Shown in pieces: positions 31,138-41,301 of a stretch of DNA of 64,000 bases. The translations under genes and the position numbers were made by a program. The stretch spans positions 2,048,001 to 2,112,000 of the forward strand of contig OZ219787.1 of assembly GCA_964291285.2 (NCBI GenBank). Direction: 5' to 3'. Position 1 is the stretch's first letter. Each line of letters opens with the position of its first letter. This DNA is from Alphaproteobacteria bacterium (lineage in GTDB: Bacteria > Pseudomonadota > Alphaproteobacteria > Bin95). Under the pieces are notes generated by a model. The model made no database searches. It was not told the origin of the DNA and saw nothing but the letters and a program-made list of their open reading frames with translations.

Positions 31138-33345
31138 CTAGCCCCCGACCGGCCCGCCTGCACCGGGCCTGTTGCGCACACCCGCGCCGAAACGGCTCGG
31201 CGCGACCCCGCCGAGCCGTCCCGTGCTGCCGGTCGCCACCCCGATCATCCGATCGGCCTCGCTCATGCCCGAGGCGCGGCCGCCTATCCAATTCATGACC
31301 GCGTCCGGCAGCATCTCGATCAGCTTCAATGATGCGTTCAGCAGCCCGTAGGCGATCATCACGTAGAGCGCGACAAACACCGCATACTGGATAATTCCGG
31401 GTCCGATCTCGCCGGCGCTCTCCCGCATCTGCGTCAGCCAGATCGCATTGAAGAGCTCGATGACGACGGTGAAGACGAGATAACCGACGATCAGTCCGAA
31501 GATCATCAGCGGCGGCCTCAGAACCACGCCTGCCAGCGTCACCAGGCCCCCGACCGTCGAATTCGTGGTCAGGCCGCTCCCCTCCGTTCGCGCCGTCTGG
31601 GCCGCAAGCCAGACGGTCATGGCGATAAATGCCTCGACCACGGCCAGGATCCAGACCAGCAGTCCGAACAGGAACCGGATGAAGGGCAGCGCCGGTACCA
31701 GATAGGCCAGCACCGCCCCGCCGATCAGAAGGGCCATCAGCACCATCGTCACGATGCCGTCGATCACCGGCCAGGTCGCCTCGAAGAGATCGGCCTTCAG
31801 CGAAAACCCGAGAGCCTGCACGTCGCCCAGGTTCGACACCGCCGCAACACTCATCAACGTGCCCGACGTCACCAGAACGCCGGTCACGAGGTTGTGCCCG
31901 ACCGCCGCCAATTCGGAGATCGGATTGTCCCCCTCCACGTCGAGCACATCCTCGAAGGAGAACATCACCGTGTAGAACAGCTGGCTCAGCATGCTGCCCG
32001 CGCCGCCACCCGATGCCCCGGCCTGCGGCGCCCGGCTGCCGAGCGCGCTTACCGGCGTGCCCACCGCCGTCGATATATCCTCAGAAATCTGGAGGAGGGC
32101 CTTGAAGCTCTTCCTGTCCCGATCCTTCAGGGCGAGCATCGGCGGCGTGACCTCCGGGGCGCTCACCACGGCCCAGTTGAACTCTCCGATCCGTTCCGCC
32201 ACCCGGAAGAACAGGCTGCCCGCCGTCGTCCAGCTGCCGTCCTCCGCTTGCTCGGCCGCCAGCTCCTCCCGCGTCTGCGAATTCTGAGCCGCGCCGGCCC
32301 TTTCCACTGCCGCATCCACCACCCGGGCATAAGCTTCCACCGCGCCCGCAACCGCCGTGCTCACGGCCGACCAGTCCATCGGATCGCCAAACCGCTGCCC
32401 GTCCTCGTAAGGCTCCGCAATCCGCTTCGCGACCGCCACCAGCACATTGCGGGCCTGCTCCATGCCCTCAAGATGCGCCCTCGCCACGTCGCCCCGCGGC
32501 CCCTCGCGGTCCAGCCCCGCGAATCTCACCTCTCCGCAATGGCTCCTAATGTCGTAGCCCCTGGTCCCCTGCGCCACCTCATAGCGCCAGACCTGCCCGC
32601 CCCTCGCCGTCGTCTTCACGGGCCCTGTCGCCAGCCGTTTCCCCGCCAGCTCGCGGCAGACCTCCACGACCAGGAAGTCGACCATCATCACCTCCCGGCC
32701 CTCGGCCGACGGCCTGGGCGCCGACACCCCCGAACTTCCCAGAAGCGACGCCGAAAACGGCTTCCACACCGATTGCGCGAAATCCCCTCCCACCCCGGCC
32801 AGGTCCAGGACGATGTGCTGCCCGCCGGAAGGCCCGCCCGGAAGGGGGACCAGAAGGGCGATCGACGCCACGATGCGCACGATCTCCCAGCCGCCGAAAC
32901 CGAGGCGGCCGGTCCGGCCGGTATCCATGACGCCGGCGGCCGTGTGATAGATCAGGAGGACGCCTACGAAGACCAGCACGCCGGCATTGAAATAGCCGAC
33001 CATCTCTCCCAGCGCCGCATAGGCGGCATTGCCGCCGCCGTCGCCCCCTCGCAGCAGGTCGAACAGGTCGCGGCTCGCCTCGTCCACGATATCGAACAGG
33101 TCGGACTCGAACCCCTGGCCCCACGCAAGACCCGTGCCCAGCGCGGTTCCAAGACCCACCAGCGCCAGCCCGGCCACGAGCCGGGCCGCACCGCGCCTCG
33201 ACCGGAACCGGTCGATGCCAAGACGGCTCCCTTCCGGTAGGCGCCACAATGCGCCGACCGAGTCCCCGATCCGTCCCGCCGACGCCCTCATCTGACCGAG
33301 CGACCGCCCGAACTCCGGAAGGAAGAGCAGCCGCAGCAGCCCCAT
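31138..33345 (-). CDS. dotA: DotA/TraY-family polytopic membrane protein
   Basis: FNAGVL..W..VRIV..IALLVPLP.G, GSWTTAGS.F, LAYLVPALPFIRF, VEAFIA, LRPPLMIFGL, and LPDAVMNWIG. Confidence 0.88.
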   Translation of the reverse strand: MGLLRLLFLPEFGRSLGQMRASAGRIGDSVGALWRLPEGSRLGIDRFRSRRGAARLVAGLALVGLGTALGTGLAWGQGFESDLFDIVDEASRDLFDLLRGGDGGGNAAYAALGEMVGYFNAGVLVFVGVLLIYHTAAGVMDTGRTGRLGFGGWEIVRIVASIALLVPLPGGPSGGQHIVLDLAGVGGDFAQSVWKPFSASLLGSSGVSAPRPSAEGREVMMVDFLVVEVCRELAGKRLATGPVKTTARGGQVWRYEVAQGTRGYDIRSHCGEVRFAGLDREGPRGDVARAHLEGMEQARNVLVAVAKRIAEPYEDGQRFGDPMDWSAVSTAVAGAVEAYARVVDAAVERAGAAQNSQTREELAAEQAEDGSWTTAGSLFFRVAERIGEFNWAVVSAPEVTPPMLALKDRDRKSFKALLQISEDISTAVGTPVSALGSRAPQAGASGGGAGSMLSQLFYTVMFSFEDVLDVEGDNPISELAAVGHNLVTGVLVTSGTLMSVAAVSNLGDVQALGFSLKADLFEATWPVIDGIVTMVLMALLIGGAVLAYLVPALPFIRFLFGLLVWILAVVEAFIAMTVWLAAQTARTEGSGLTTNSTVGGLVTLAGVVLRPPLMIFGLIVGYLVFTVVIELFNAIWLTQMRESAGEIGPGIIQYAVFVALYVMIAYGLLNASLKLIEMLPDAVMNWIGGRASGMSEADRMIGVATGSTGRLGGVAPSRFGAGVRNRPGAGGPVGG

Positions 33346-34481
33346 CAGCGCTGCACCTCGAGCCAGTCAGCGAGGCCCGGCAGCCGGCGCATTTCCTCGG
33401 CCGCCGCCCCGAGCCGCGCGGCCTCCATCGCGCCGCGCCGCTCGTCCATCTGGTAGCGCTCCCAGGCGAGCATCAGCGACGCCGCCTGCAGGAGCGTCAG
33501 CTCACGCAGCAGATTGTCCCGGTTCATCGACTGCAGGCCGACCGCCCAGGCCGGGTTCTCGAAGCGCCGCGAGGTGAGGACCTCCAGCAGTTCATGCCGG
33601 CTGACCCGGCCGCCGCTGCCCGCCGCTCCCGGCGCCAAGGCCGAAGCCCAGCCGCCAAGGTCCACAGCCGGCTCGCGTGCGCCGCGCGCCCGGGCAAACC
33701 AGTCCGCGGCAAGAGCCGCGCGCGCATCCGCCGAACGCGCCAGCATCGCGAGCTCGCGGTCCTGGTCGGTATCGACGGCGCGCAACGGAAACCGGTCCCA
33801 CGCGATCGGGGCCGCCAGGTTCCGTCCGAGCTCCCCGGCCGCCAGGCGCTGCCTGTCATCGCCGAACGTGTCCACGTCGAACAGCGAGCCCGCCTTGAGG
33901 TCCGCGTCGTGCCTCGACGGGTCCCCACTGCAGACACCCGCGCCGGCCTGCAGACGGCTCTTGCTGCAATGCTCGCCCGTCCAGACCCCGAAGCGCCGCC
34001 TGGTGTCCGCCGCCAATCCCGCCTGGTCGCCGACTACGGCCGCATCGCCACCAATCCGTCCGGTCTCCCGGGTCGCGGCGCGTTCGCCCGCCTCGGCGCC
34101 CCCGGCGCGGCTGGCCGCCAGACCCGCCATGCCCGTCACCGTCCGGCAACCGGACGAGGTCGGACGATGCTGCAGCTTGGACTGCGTCTCGGCTTCGTCG
34201 CGCGCGATCTCCGCCAGCAGCTTCGTCTGCGCATCGAGTGCGTCGGTCACCGACTTCGCGCCCTCGGCGATATACCCGGAGAGCTGCGCCGTCTGGAGCT
34301 CCAGCGTCCGGACAATGGAGCTCTCCATCCGGTCGATGCGCGCATTCACGTTGCTGATCACCGTTCGCGCCGCCGATCGCGACGCACTCCAGGCGCAACC
34401 GCAGCAACCCGCATGCGCTGCCGGCGCCGCAAGCACGATGACCAGAACCGCCAGGACGGCTGCCCCCGCTCCTCGAATCAC
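33345..34481 (-). CDS. IcmX/TraW-like periplasmic T4BSS protein
   Basis: Signal peptide and coiled coil; C-terminal RRFENPAW..LLRELT..LAWERYQMDER; adjacent to dotA; GTG start overlaps the upstream stop. Confidence 0.6.
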   Translation of the reverse strand: MIRGAGAAVLAVLVIVLAAPAAHAGCCGCAWSASRSAARTVISNVNARIDRMESSIVRTLELQTAQLSGYIAEGAKSVTDALDAQTKLLAEIARDEAETQSKLQHRPTSSGCRTVTGMAGLAASRAGGAEAGERAATRETGRIGGDAAVVGDQAGLAADTRRRFGVWTGEHCSKSRLQAGAGVCSGDPSRHDADLKAGSLFDVDTFGDDRQRLAAGELGRNLAAPIAWDRFPLRAVDTDQDRELAMLARSADARAALAADWFARARGAREPAVDLGGWASALAPGAAGSGGRVSRHELLEVLTSRRFENPAWAVGLQSMNRDNLLRELTLLQAASLMLAWERYQMDERRGAMEAARLGAAAEEMRRLPGLADWLEVQR

Positions 34482-34957
34482 GAGTCCTGCCCTCCCACGA
34501 TTCCCCGAAACACATCCCCGGCGTCCGGATCCACCCCCGGAAGCCGGCGCGTCCTCGGCCTCGCATCGACATCGAGACCGGGAAGCACGCCCAGCTCGCG
34601 ATCGAGCCCGTAGGTCGCCCGGTCGAACGGCCGCGTGACCCTCTGCCGCCATATGTTCCTCGCCGCATCGCAAAGCTGCCCGAACAGGTCCGGAAGCGAC
34701 GGCAGCCGCACCAGCGCGTCCCATGTCGGAAAGTTCAGCAGGTCGCAGGAGAGGTCGTAGATCGAGTCCGGATCGCCGATTCCCTCCTCCTGGTGGCGAA
34801 TGAGGACCTGGTCGCGCTCCACGCCGCGCACGGCCGAATCCTCGAGCGCCTTCGCGACCGCAGGATCGCAGTCCGCCGCTTCTTTCGACTGCCCGGCGGC
34901 CGGGGCCGCCGCCAGCAGCATCGCAAACAGGCCCGCCGCCGCCGTCAGCCTCCTCAC
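34478..34957 (-). CDS. Exported Cys-containing hypothetical protein
   Basis: Signal peptide and three Cys; GTGA overlaps on both sides. Confidence 0.7.
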   Translation of the reverse strand: MRRLTAAAGLFAMLLAAAPAAGQSKEAADCDPAVAKALEDSAVRGVERDQVLIRHQEEGIGDPDSIYDLSCDLLNFPTWDALVRLPSLPDLFGQLCDAARNIWRQRVTRPFDRATYGLDRELGVLPGLDVDARPRTRRLPGVDPDAGDVFRGIVGGQDS

Positions 34958-35238
34958 GGTCCGTCCTCCGCGAAGAGACCGGACCATGCGGGGTCGGCCT
35001 CCGCCTGCAGCCGCGCCGCGCAGACCGAGCACAGGTCCTCCTCGACCCACCAGCACGGCCCGTCATGCATGTCCACACAGGCATTCCAGTCCCAGCACCC
35101 GCATTCCCGGCAGACCGGATCGCCAGGCGCAGGTGGTGGAGGCGGGACCTCGAAGATCGCCTCCGCCAGCGCACGGCGCAGTTCGTGCTTCTCATCCGGA
35201 CCCATGACCTCACTCCTTCGCTGCTCCGATATCCGCAT
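34954..35238 (-). CDS. Small Zn-finger protein (CRECGC..AC..GPCWWV..DLCSVC)
   Basis: Seven-Cys motif; translationally coupled to the next gene. Confidence 0.7.
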   Translation of the reverse strand: MRISEQRRSEVMGPDEKHELRRALAEAIFEVPPPPPAPGDPVCRECGCWDWNACVDMHDGPCWWVEEDLCSVCAARLQAEADPAWSGLFAEDGP

Positions 35239-35252
35239 CGCGCGCCCGCCGA

Positions 35253-38240
35253 CTACGCAGCCGCGCGTGCGGCCGCCCGCACGGTTTCTTCGGCAAGCCC
35301 ATCCAGGATTTCCCCTTCCTCAACCGACGCCTCCATGCCCCGGCCCTCCAGGGCGCGGAACTCCGCATCGATCCGGTCCCTGGCCGACCCGGACGGGAAC
35401 ATGGCAGCCAGCGCCGCTCGTCCGGCCGCCGCCCCGAGCCGCCCCTGGACCCTGTTGCGAAGCGCGACGTCGCGAGGCGCGGTGTTGAGCGCCCAGAGCT
35501 CGACCGGGCCCACGGAGTTCACCAGCATCTGTTCGAGCCGCCCGCCGGCGTCCATCGCCACATGCAGCGCCGGCGCGCCCGTCCTGGAAGGTCCCGTCAG
35601 GCGGAACCGGATGGCTTCGACCGCCGCATCCCCCAGCGCGAACATCTCCGCCAGATGCCTCGCCTCATCCTCCGTCGTTCCGCCCGAACCCAGGATCCAG
35701 AACCCCGTCGCAAGCTCGGCCAGGTCGCCGAAGTCCCCCTCGCGCTGCGAGGCCAGCATGAGCCGCACCCGCTGCTTGCGCGCCTCCCGGACGTCGCGGT
35801 CCACCTGGGCCCGGACGCCCGGTGCGGCAGCCGTGCGGTGATACTCGTCGAACACGAGCCGCTTCGGCGTCTCGCGCACCTCCCGGATCCGCTGCCTGTG
35901 CCACTCGCGGTAGCGCTCCTGGACCGACATCAGCACTTCCTCGCCGATCCACCAGTGCCTGGTCAGCACATGCCGTGCCAGCATGTACATGGCCGCCGTC
36001 TGCCGGTCCGCCTCCGGCGTCCCCTGCGGCGCGACAGCCCCCAGATCCATGGCCGCGACCCGCACATGCCCGATATCGAACGCCGTCGGCTCGAACATCA
36101 GCGGCCACTGCCCCGAAAGCGCCGTCAGAATCCGCACGACGGCCGCCGTCACCGGCTCGCCGCCCGACCCGTAGGTCGCCTGGCCCACCAGGTCCTGCAC
36201 TTCGGCCTGGCGCACCGCCGTCAGGCAGTCCAGCAATGTCGGCACCGCGTAGCGCTGCGCGCGCCCGGCCGCATCGATCTCGCCGGCCTCGAAAAGCAGG
36301 TCGACCGTGTCCCACCAGAGCGGCTCCGCCGGCAGATGAATGCCCCGGCGCTCGAGGGCGGCATCCACCTCGCGGTCCCGACCGCGCGAATAGGGATGCG
36401 GCTCCGCGCCCGGCCGGCCGTCCTCCCGCATCCGGTAGATCACGTCGATCATCGGCGAGATCGTCTCGGCCACCCCGTCCGGAACGCCCTCCGCTCCCGC
36501 CGGCGTCAGGATCAGCGACAGCAGGTTCGTCAGGAACGCCCGCTCCGGCGGGAGCGGGAACCGGCAGCCGAGCTGCGTGTCGCAGGGATTGATCGCATGC
36601 TCGCGTGTCATCTGCGGCGCGAACCATCCCACCTCGTGGCGCCGGTCCTCCGGCAGCGCCTCGCGGACCAGCGACATCAGTCCCGACGAGGACGGGCCGA
36701 TATCGACGACGGCGAGCAGAGGCAGGCGGCGGCGCCCGCCCTGCAGGCAGAAGGCCAGCGACAGCGACCCCAGCAGCACGCTCTTGCCCCGCCCCGGTAT
36801 GCCGTACACCAGGTCGAACCCGAAATCCCCGCTCTCCTCCAGGCTGTAGCCGAGCGGCTTGCCGTCCTCGCTCCGGAACAGGTAATCCGCCCTGTCGGCC
36901 CGCACCGCCGAGGCCGGCCGGAACAGCGGCAGCATGCCGAGCACGCTCTCCAGAGGCGCCAGCGCCGGCTCTGCCGTGCCTCCCGCCGCGAACCCCGGAA
37001 CCGACCCCGCGAACGCCTCGAGCACATCGCCAACGAGCGGAGAGAACTCGCACTCGCCCCAGCCCTCGCAGATCTGCTGCATACGCCCGAGCTGCCGCGC
37101 CAGCCCGGCTTCGCCTTCCTCACCGCCAACCCAGGTCAGGAGGCCGATCCGCAGCCTCACGATTGCCTGCTCGTCGCCGCGCAACACCTGCAGCCCCGCC
37201 AGCGCGTCGCGCACATGCCGGCTGTCTTCCGAGGTGATCGCCAGCACCGAGGCCGCGGCCAGCGCGATCGACGGCCCCGAGCCCGCGAGGCCACCGCCTT
37301 CGAGCAAGAGCGAGAACCGGAACGGGATGTCCGCCTCCGCAAGCCGGCTCATCAACTCCGAGAACGGCCGCTCGACGCGCGGCCCGAGAACCATGTCCAC
37401 CGCCCCGTAAAGCCGGCCGCCGATGCACAGCCGCCCGGACTCCACATGCGGCTCGCGCACCAGGAGCTGCGGCGCCAGCGGCGGCGGAAACGCGCCCAGC
37501 TCCGGCGGCTCGGTGAACCGCGGCCAGACCTCGTCCTCCGGACCGACCGGCCGCCAGTCCGGACCCGCCGCGTCCGGGCCGTTCAACAGCACCCGCATCA
37601 ACCGGACCGCTTCGCGCGAATCCACCGCCCACGCCATCAGGCGCGCTTCCTCCAGCAGGGAGACCACCGTCGACACGAACGCCTCGTGGCGCGGCGGCAG
37701 GCTGTCCACGACCTGGAGCGGGCATTGCGATTCCCGGATCGCCGGCAGCCACGCCTTCAGCCGGCTCTTCAGCTCACGCTTCTCGCGGCGCAGCTGCGGA
37801 CCGGGAATCACGTCGGGCCTGGTCCAGCAGGCGAGCGCGCAGGTCTCTCCGGTCAACAGACCCGCGAGCCGCTCCGAGCGCTCCCCAATCACGTCCCCGA
37901 GCGACAGACCCAGGCGCTCCGACTGGCGACGCTGCCGCGCCGCCGCCGCGTCGATGGCCTGACGCGCCGCGTCGGGAGCGCGCTCCAGCACGATGTGCAG
38001 CCCGTGCCCCCGATCCAGAAACGAGCCGTTCAGGCGCCGCTTCGCGAGCTCCACGAACCCGCCGAGCTCCTTCGACCCGGTAATCGACCGCGCGCCCTCG
38101 ATGCGCACCAGCGTCACCAGCGAGCCGTCATGGCAAAGCAGCGCGTCGCCGGCGAGCGCCACGGGCTCCATGAACGCTTCGAGCGGCTTGCGGCGAACCG
38201 TCCACCAGTAGCGGACCACGTCGTTCAGCTGCCGGAACAC
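35253..38240 (-). CDS. icmB: IcmB/DotO (TraU) VirB4-like ATPase
   Basis: DGSLVT, PGRGKSVL, VDIGPSSSG, INPCDTQLGCRFP, FDEYHRT, REARK, and GPVELWAL.T motifs. Confidence 0.93.
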   Translation of the reverse strand: MFRQLNDVVRYWWTVRRKPLEAFMEPVALAGDALLCHDGSLVTLVRIEGARSITGSKELGGFVELAKRRLNGSFLDRGHGLHIVLERAPDAARQAIDAAAARQRRQSERLGLSLGDVIGERSERLAGLLTGETCALACWTRPDVIPGPQLRREKRELKSRLKAWLPAIRESQCPLQVVDSLPPRHEAFVSTVVSLLEEARLMAWAVDSREAVRLMRVLLNGPDAAGPDWRPVGPEDEVWPRFTEPPELGAFPPPLAPQLLVREPHVESGRLCIGGRLYGAVDMVLGPRVERPFSELMSRLAEADIPFRFSLLLEGGGLAGSGPSIALAAASVLAITSEDSRHVRDALAGLQVLRGDEQAIVRLRIGLLTWVGGEEGEAGLARQLGRMQQICEGWGECEFSPLVGDVLEAFAGSVPGFAAGGTAEPALAPLESVLGMLPLFRPASAVRADRADYLFRSEDGKPLGYSLEESGDFGFDLVYGIPGRGKSVLLGSLSLAFCLQGGRRRLPLLAVVDIGPSSSGLMSLVREALPEDRRHEVGWFAPQMTREHAINPCDTQLGCRFPLPPERAFLTNLLSLILTPAGAEGVPDGVAETISPMIDVIYRMREDGRPGAEPHPYSRGRDREVDAALERRGIHLPAEPLWWDTVDLLFEAGEIDAAGRAQRYAVPTLLDCLTAVRQAEVQDLVGQATYGSGGEPVTAAVVRILTALSGQWPLMFEPTAFDIGHVRVAAMDLGAVAPQGTPEADRQTAAMYMLARHVLTRHWWIGEEVLMSVQERYREWHRQRIREVRETPKRLVFDEYHRTAAAPGVRAQVDRDVREARKQRVRLMLASQREGDFGDLAELATGFWILGSGGTTEDEARHLAEMFALGDAAVEAIRFRLTGPSRTGAPALHVAMDAGGRLEQMLVNSVGPVELWALNTAPRDVALRNRVQGRLGAAAGRAALAAMFPSGSARDRIDAEFRALEGRGMEASVEEGEILDGLAEETVRAAARAAA

Positions 38241-38254
38241 AGCCAGCCAGGTCC

Positions 38255-38620
38255 CTACTGCATCTTTGGCCGGGTCAAGGTGCCGCCGCCCTGGAGATCG
38301 AGCGTCCCGCCCAGCATCTCTACTCCCGCCGGGAAGAAGATCATCGCGACGCCAACCAGCGCCGTCACCACCGCGCCCATGAAGCTCTGCTGCTGCGGAT
38401 TGTCCTGCATGCGCTTGAACTTGTAGAAGCCCATCAGCACCAGAAACCCGCCGACTACGTAGAAGAGTATCTGCACCAGCAGCGGAAAGCTCTCGAGAGC
38501 GCCGGCGCCTTTCTCCGCCATGTCCCCGAGGTCCTTGGAAAGCGCCGGCTCCGCCGCCGCAGCAAGCAGCAACAGCAGCGCAAGCGGACCGAGCCGTTCC
38601 GTAACCGTCTTCGAAGCCAT
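38255..38620 (-). CDS. icmD: IcmD/DotP-like membrane protein
   Basis: Signal peptide, YVVGG..KFKRMQDNPQQ, and a TM segment ending FFP. Confidence 0.75.
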   Translation of the reverse strand: MASKTVTERLGPLALLLLLAAAAEPALSKDLGDMAEKGAGALESFPLLVQILFYVVGGFLVLMGFYKFKRMQDNPQQQSFMGAVVTALVGVAMIFFPAGVEMLGGTLDLQGGGTLTRPKMQ

Positions 38621-38648
38621 CTTCCTTCTCCTTTCGGGTTCAGCCCCT

Positions 38649-39197
38649 TCAACCTTCGGAAATGCTGAGCGGCGCGATGCCAAGCGTGTTCTGGACCCGG
38701 TCGATCACCCACAGGATGTGCCAGCCGCAGACGCCGCCGATGATGTGCGCGAAGGCCTTCCCGGCCGTCGCTCCATTGCGCCCCTCCGCCGAATCCCGCA
38801 GCACGAAGACGCCGCGCAGGAACGAGAACAGCCCGACGAACTGCACCACCTTGAACACCGCCCAGAGCATCAGCTCGTACCGCTCCGACCGCTCGCCCCG
38901 CGCATAGGCAAGGCTGGCGGCCGCGCCTCGCTCGGTGTCCCCGAACAGGGTGTGGCCCCAGGCATCCAGCCACTGCGGGAAGGTCAGAAAGACGATCGCA
39001 ACAAGGAATGTCAGCGCCGTGCCCGCGCCCGACGGCCCCCTGAGGCCCTCTTCCCCGGATCGCATCAACCGCAGCAGCGCCTGCAGGAACACGACCCCGC
39101 CGATCACGTAGCAGGCGATCTCCACCAGGAGGCTGCCCGGCACCAGCAACACCGAGACCAGCGAAACCAAGGCTTCTCCGATGCCCTGGCCGTCCAT
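38649..39197 (-). CDS. icmC: IcmC/DotE (TraQ)-like membrane protein
   Basis: YVIG..TLFG..VQFVGLFSFLRG..GKAFAHIIGG..NTLG pattern. Confidence 0.8.
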   Translation of the reverse strand: MDGQGIGEALVSLVSVLLVPGSLLVEIACYVIGGVVFLQALLRLMRSGEEGLRGPSGAGTALTFLVAIVFLTFPQWLDAWGHTLFGDTERGAAASLAYARGERSERYELMLWAVFKVVQFVGLFSFLRGVFVLRDSAEGRNGATAGKAFAHIIGGVCGWHILWVIDRVQNTLGIAPLSISEG

Positions 39198-40372
39198 CAG
39201 CGCGGCTCCCTGCCACCGCCCGCCGTCCTCGGCACCCGCTCGACCCTCGGGGGCGCCGGCTGCCTGGCAGGACTTTCTGCAGCCGGCGCCGGTGACGTCC
39301 GCTGAAGCCTCCCGGCAAACATGACCGCCACTTCGGCATTCCTCGGAATCTCCACCGTCTGCCTCGACGGCGCCTGCTCCAGCAGCACCTGGCCCACCCG
39401 GCCCGCCGCCGCCGCGAGCCCCGCATCCCGCGCCTGGCGGGCGCTCCTGGCGCTCTCTTCCGTAACGACGGTTTCGCCGGCAACCGACACCACCCGGCGC
39501 TCCGGCTCGGCGCGCGCGATCAGATACCGCTCGACGAACCCCGTCGCCGCCGGCAGCAGCACCCTGTCCCACCAGTGATAGGAGACGTCTCCGGCCACCC
39601 CGAAACAGGCGCAGTCGAGACCCACCGCAACCGCATCCACCGACACCGTCTCGCCCGCGACGTCGAGCGAGGCGATCCGGATAACCATTCTCTCCCGGAC
39701 CAGCTGGAACTCGCCGCGCGCCACCACCCCGGCCAATGGCGGCTGCAGCAGCTCGATCAGCACCGGCCCCGGATAGTCCGAGTTCACCGCATGCATCACG
39801 CGCGCATAGAAGGCGTCGCCGGCCGCCACCCGCGGCAGCGGCCCCTTTGCGGGCGCCGCCGCCTCTCCCCGCCCACCGCCGGTACGTTCCTGCCCGCCGG
39901 AGGCATATGCGATCCGCCGTATGTCGGGCTCTCGGTTGATCGCCTCGATCAGCGCCGCAACGATGGCATCCAGATTTCCTTCATCCTCGCCCGTCCCGAC
40001 CGGAATGCTCGAAGGGTCCCGCTCCCATTCCGGCCGCGGCGCGACGGGTTCAACCGGCACGTCCCCGGCTTTGTCCTCCGGTTCCTCCTTCCCCGTCCCC
40101 CTCCGGACCGGAATCACTTCGGGCGGCTTCACCACTTCCCGTCGCTGCCCGTCGGCAGCTCCCGGCAGTACATCCATGTGCGATTTGCCCTGCTCGCCGG
40201 CCTCCCCCTGCCGCTGGGCATCCCGTTGTTCGATGCTCTCTCCGAACATCGGCGTGCCCACACCCTCGGCGGGATTGAATTTCTGCTCCGGCGTAATGCC
40301 CTCGATCGCCCACGCCGACGACAACGCCGCCAGGGCCAGAACCCCGCCAAGGACGAGCCGCGCCAACATCAT
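39197..40372 (-). CDS. dotG: DotG/IcmE (TraO, VirB10-like), short form
   Basis: AGDAFYA..AVNSDYPGPV..G.F..VSYHWWDR..F..Y..TVEIP..VAVMF. Confidence 0.8.
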   Translation of the reverse strand: MMLARLVLGGVLALAALSSAWAIEGITPEQKFNPAEGVGTPMFGESIEQRDAQRQGEAGEQGKSHMDVLPGAADGQRREVVKPPEVIPVRRGTGKEEPEDKAGDVPVEPVAPRPEWERDPSSIPVGTGEDEGNLDAIVAALIEAINREPDIRRIAYASGGQERTGGGRGEAAAPAKGPLPRVAAGDAFYARVMHAVNSDYPGPVLIELLQPPLAGVVARGEFQLVRERMVIRIASLDVAGETVSVDAVAVGLDCACFGVAGDVSYHWWDRVLLPAATGFVERYLIARAEPERRVVSVAGETVVTEESARSARQARDAGLAAAAGRVGQVLLEQAPSRQTVEIPRNAEVAVMFAGRLQRTSPAPAAESPARQPAPPRVERVPRTAGGGREPR

Positions 40373-41301
40373 CCGCCGCCCTCGATCCCGGCGCCCCACA
40401 GCGGCGCACCGGCATCCCGGATCGACAGCCGCCGCTCCCGCCCGTCCAGCGAGACCCATACCTGCGGCGTCGAGGGAAGCCTGTAAGCCCACCGCCCGCC
40501 CGAACCCCTCTCCGCAGCCCAGGGCCCCGGCGACAGCACGACATGGCGGCTCACCAGCAACAGGTCCTCTCCCTGCCGCCAGGCGCGGTCGCCTGTCCCG
40601 CCACCTTCGACCTCGACCCTGACCGCGCCGGCCGGCGCCACACCCGACAGCAGCGCCGCAAGCTCCCCGTCGCCGGCATGGAAGCTGGCGGGGCGCATCA
40701 GCGCCGCCGCATCCACGCCCGGGCCCGGACGGCCGAGGCGCATCTCCACCCGGAAATCGCTCTCAGCACCGCCCGAATCCTGCAGCAGCACGACCATCGG
40801 CTCCGGCAGGTCCCGGAGCTTCACCACGAGATTGCCGCTGAGAAACCGGCGCTTCGGCGCGAGATAGACCAGATGGCCGCCGCCGTCCTCGCCGCCTTCA
40901 CCCGGCAGGAACTGCGAGTCCACCAGCACCTCCTCGATCGGCCATGGCGACCCCGTCGTGTCCGTCCAGGACAGCACCGTCGTGAACCCCTGCCGGACCT
41001 CGACCGCCGGCACACCGGCGCCGGCGCCCGGATCGACCGCGACCCGCCTGATCCGGCCGCTCGGCCGCAATCCCCGTCCCTGCGCCGCCGCCCGCTGCTG
41101 CTGGCGCACGAGCGCGCCCAGAACCCGGATATGCTCCTGGGTCAACGGCATCACCCGCCGACCGGCCGTCGCCGCTTCTTCCTCCGGAACCGCATATTCC
41201 GGCCAGACATCGGGCTTTTCCGGAGCCTGGCCCTCCGACATCCCCGCAATGACTCCCACGGCCAATGCCAGGATCGTCCGGGCCATATGCACGCGCTTCA
41301 T
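40369..41301 (-). CDS. dotH: DotH/IcmK (TraN)
   Basis: PLT.E.IR, GFTTVLSWTDTTGSPWPI, GNLVVKL..LPEP, RPGP, and LLSGVAPAGA motifs. Confidence 0.88.
   Translation of the reverse strand: MKRVHMARTILALAVGVIAGMSEGQAPEKPDVWPEYAVPEEEAATAGRRVMPLTQEHIRVLGALVRQQQRAAAQGRGLRPSGRIRRVAVDPGAGAGVPAVEVRQGFTTVLSWTDTTGSPWPIEEVLVDSQFLPGEGGEDGGGHLVYLAPKRRFLSGNLVVKLRDLPEPMVVLLQDSGGAESDFRVEMRLGRPGPGVDAAALMRPASFHAGDGELAALLSGVAPAGAVRVEVEGGGTGDRAWRQGEDLLLVSRHVVLSPGPWAAERGSGGRWAYRLPSTPQVWVSLDGRERRLSIRDAGAPLWGAGIEGGG

Noticed and set aside
35562-38426. 954-aa + strand ORF, and similar long ORFs at 7379, 10415, 27444, 45718, 54750 and 59297
   Set aside because: Shadow frames opposite recognisable genes in very GC-rich DNA.
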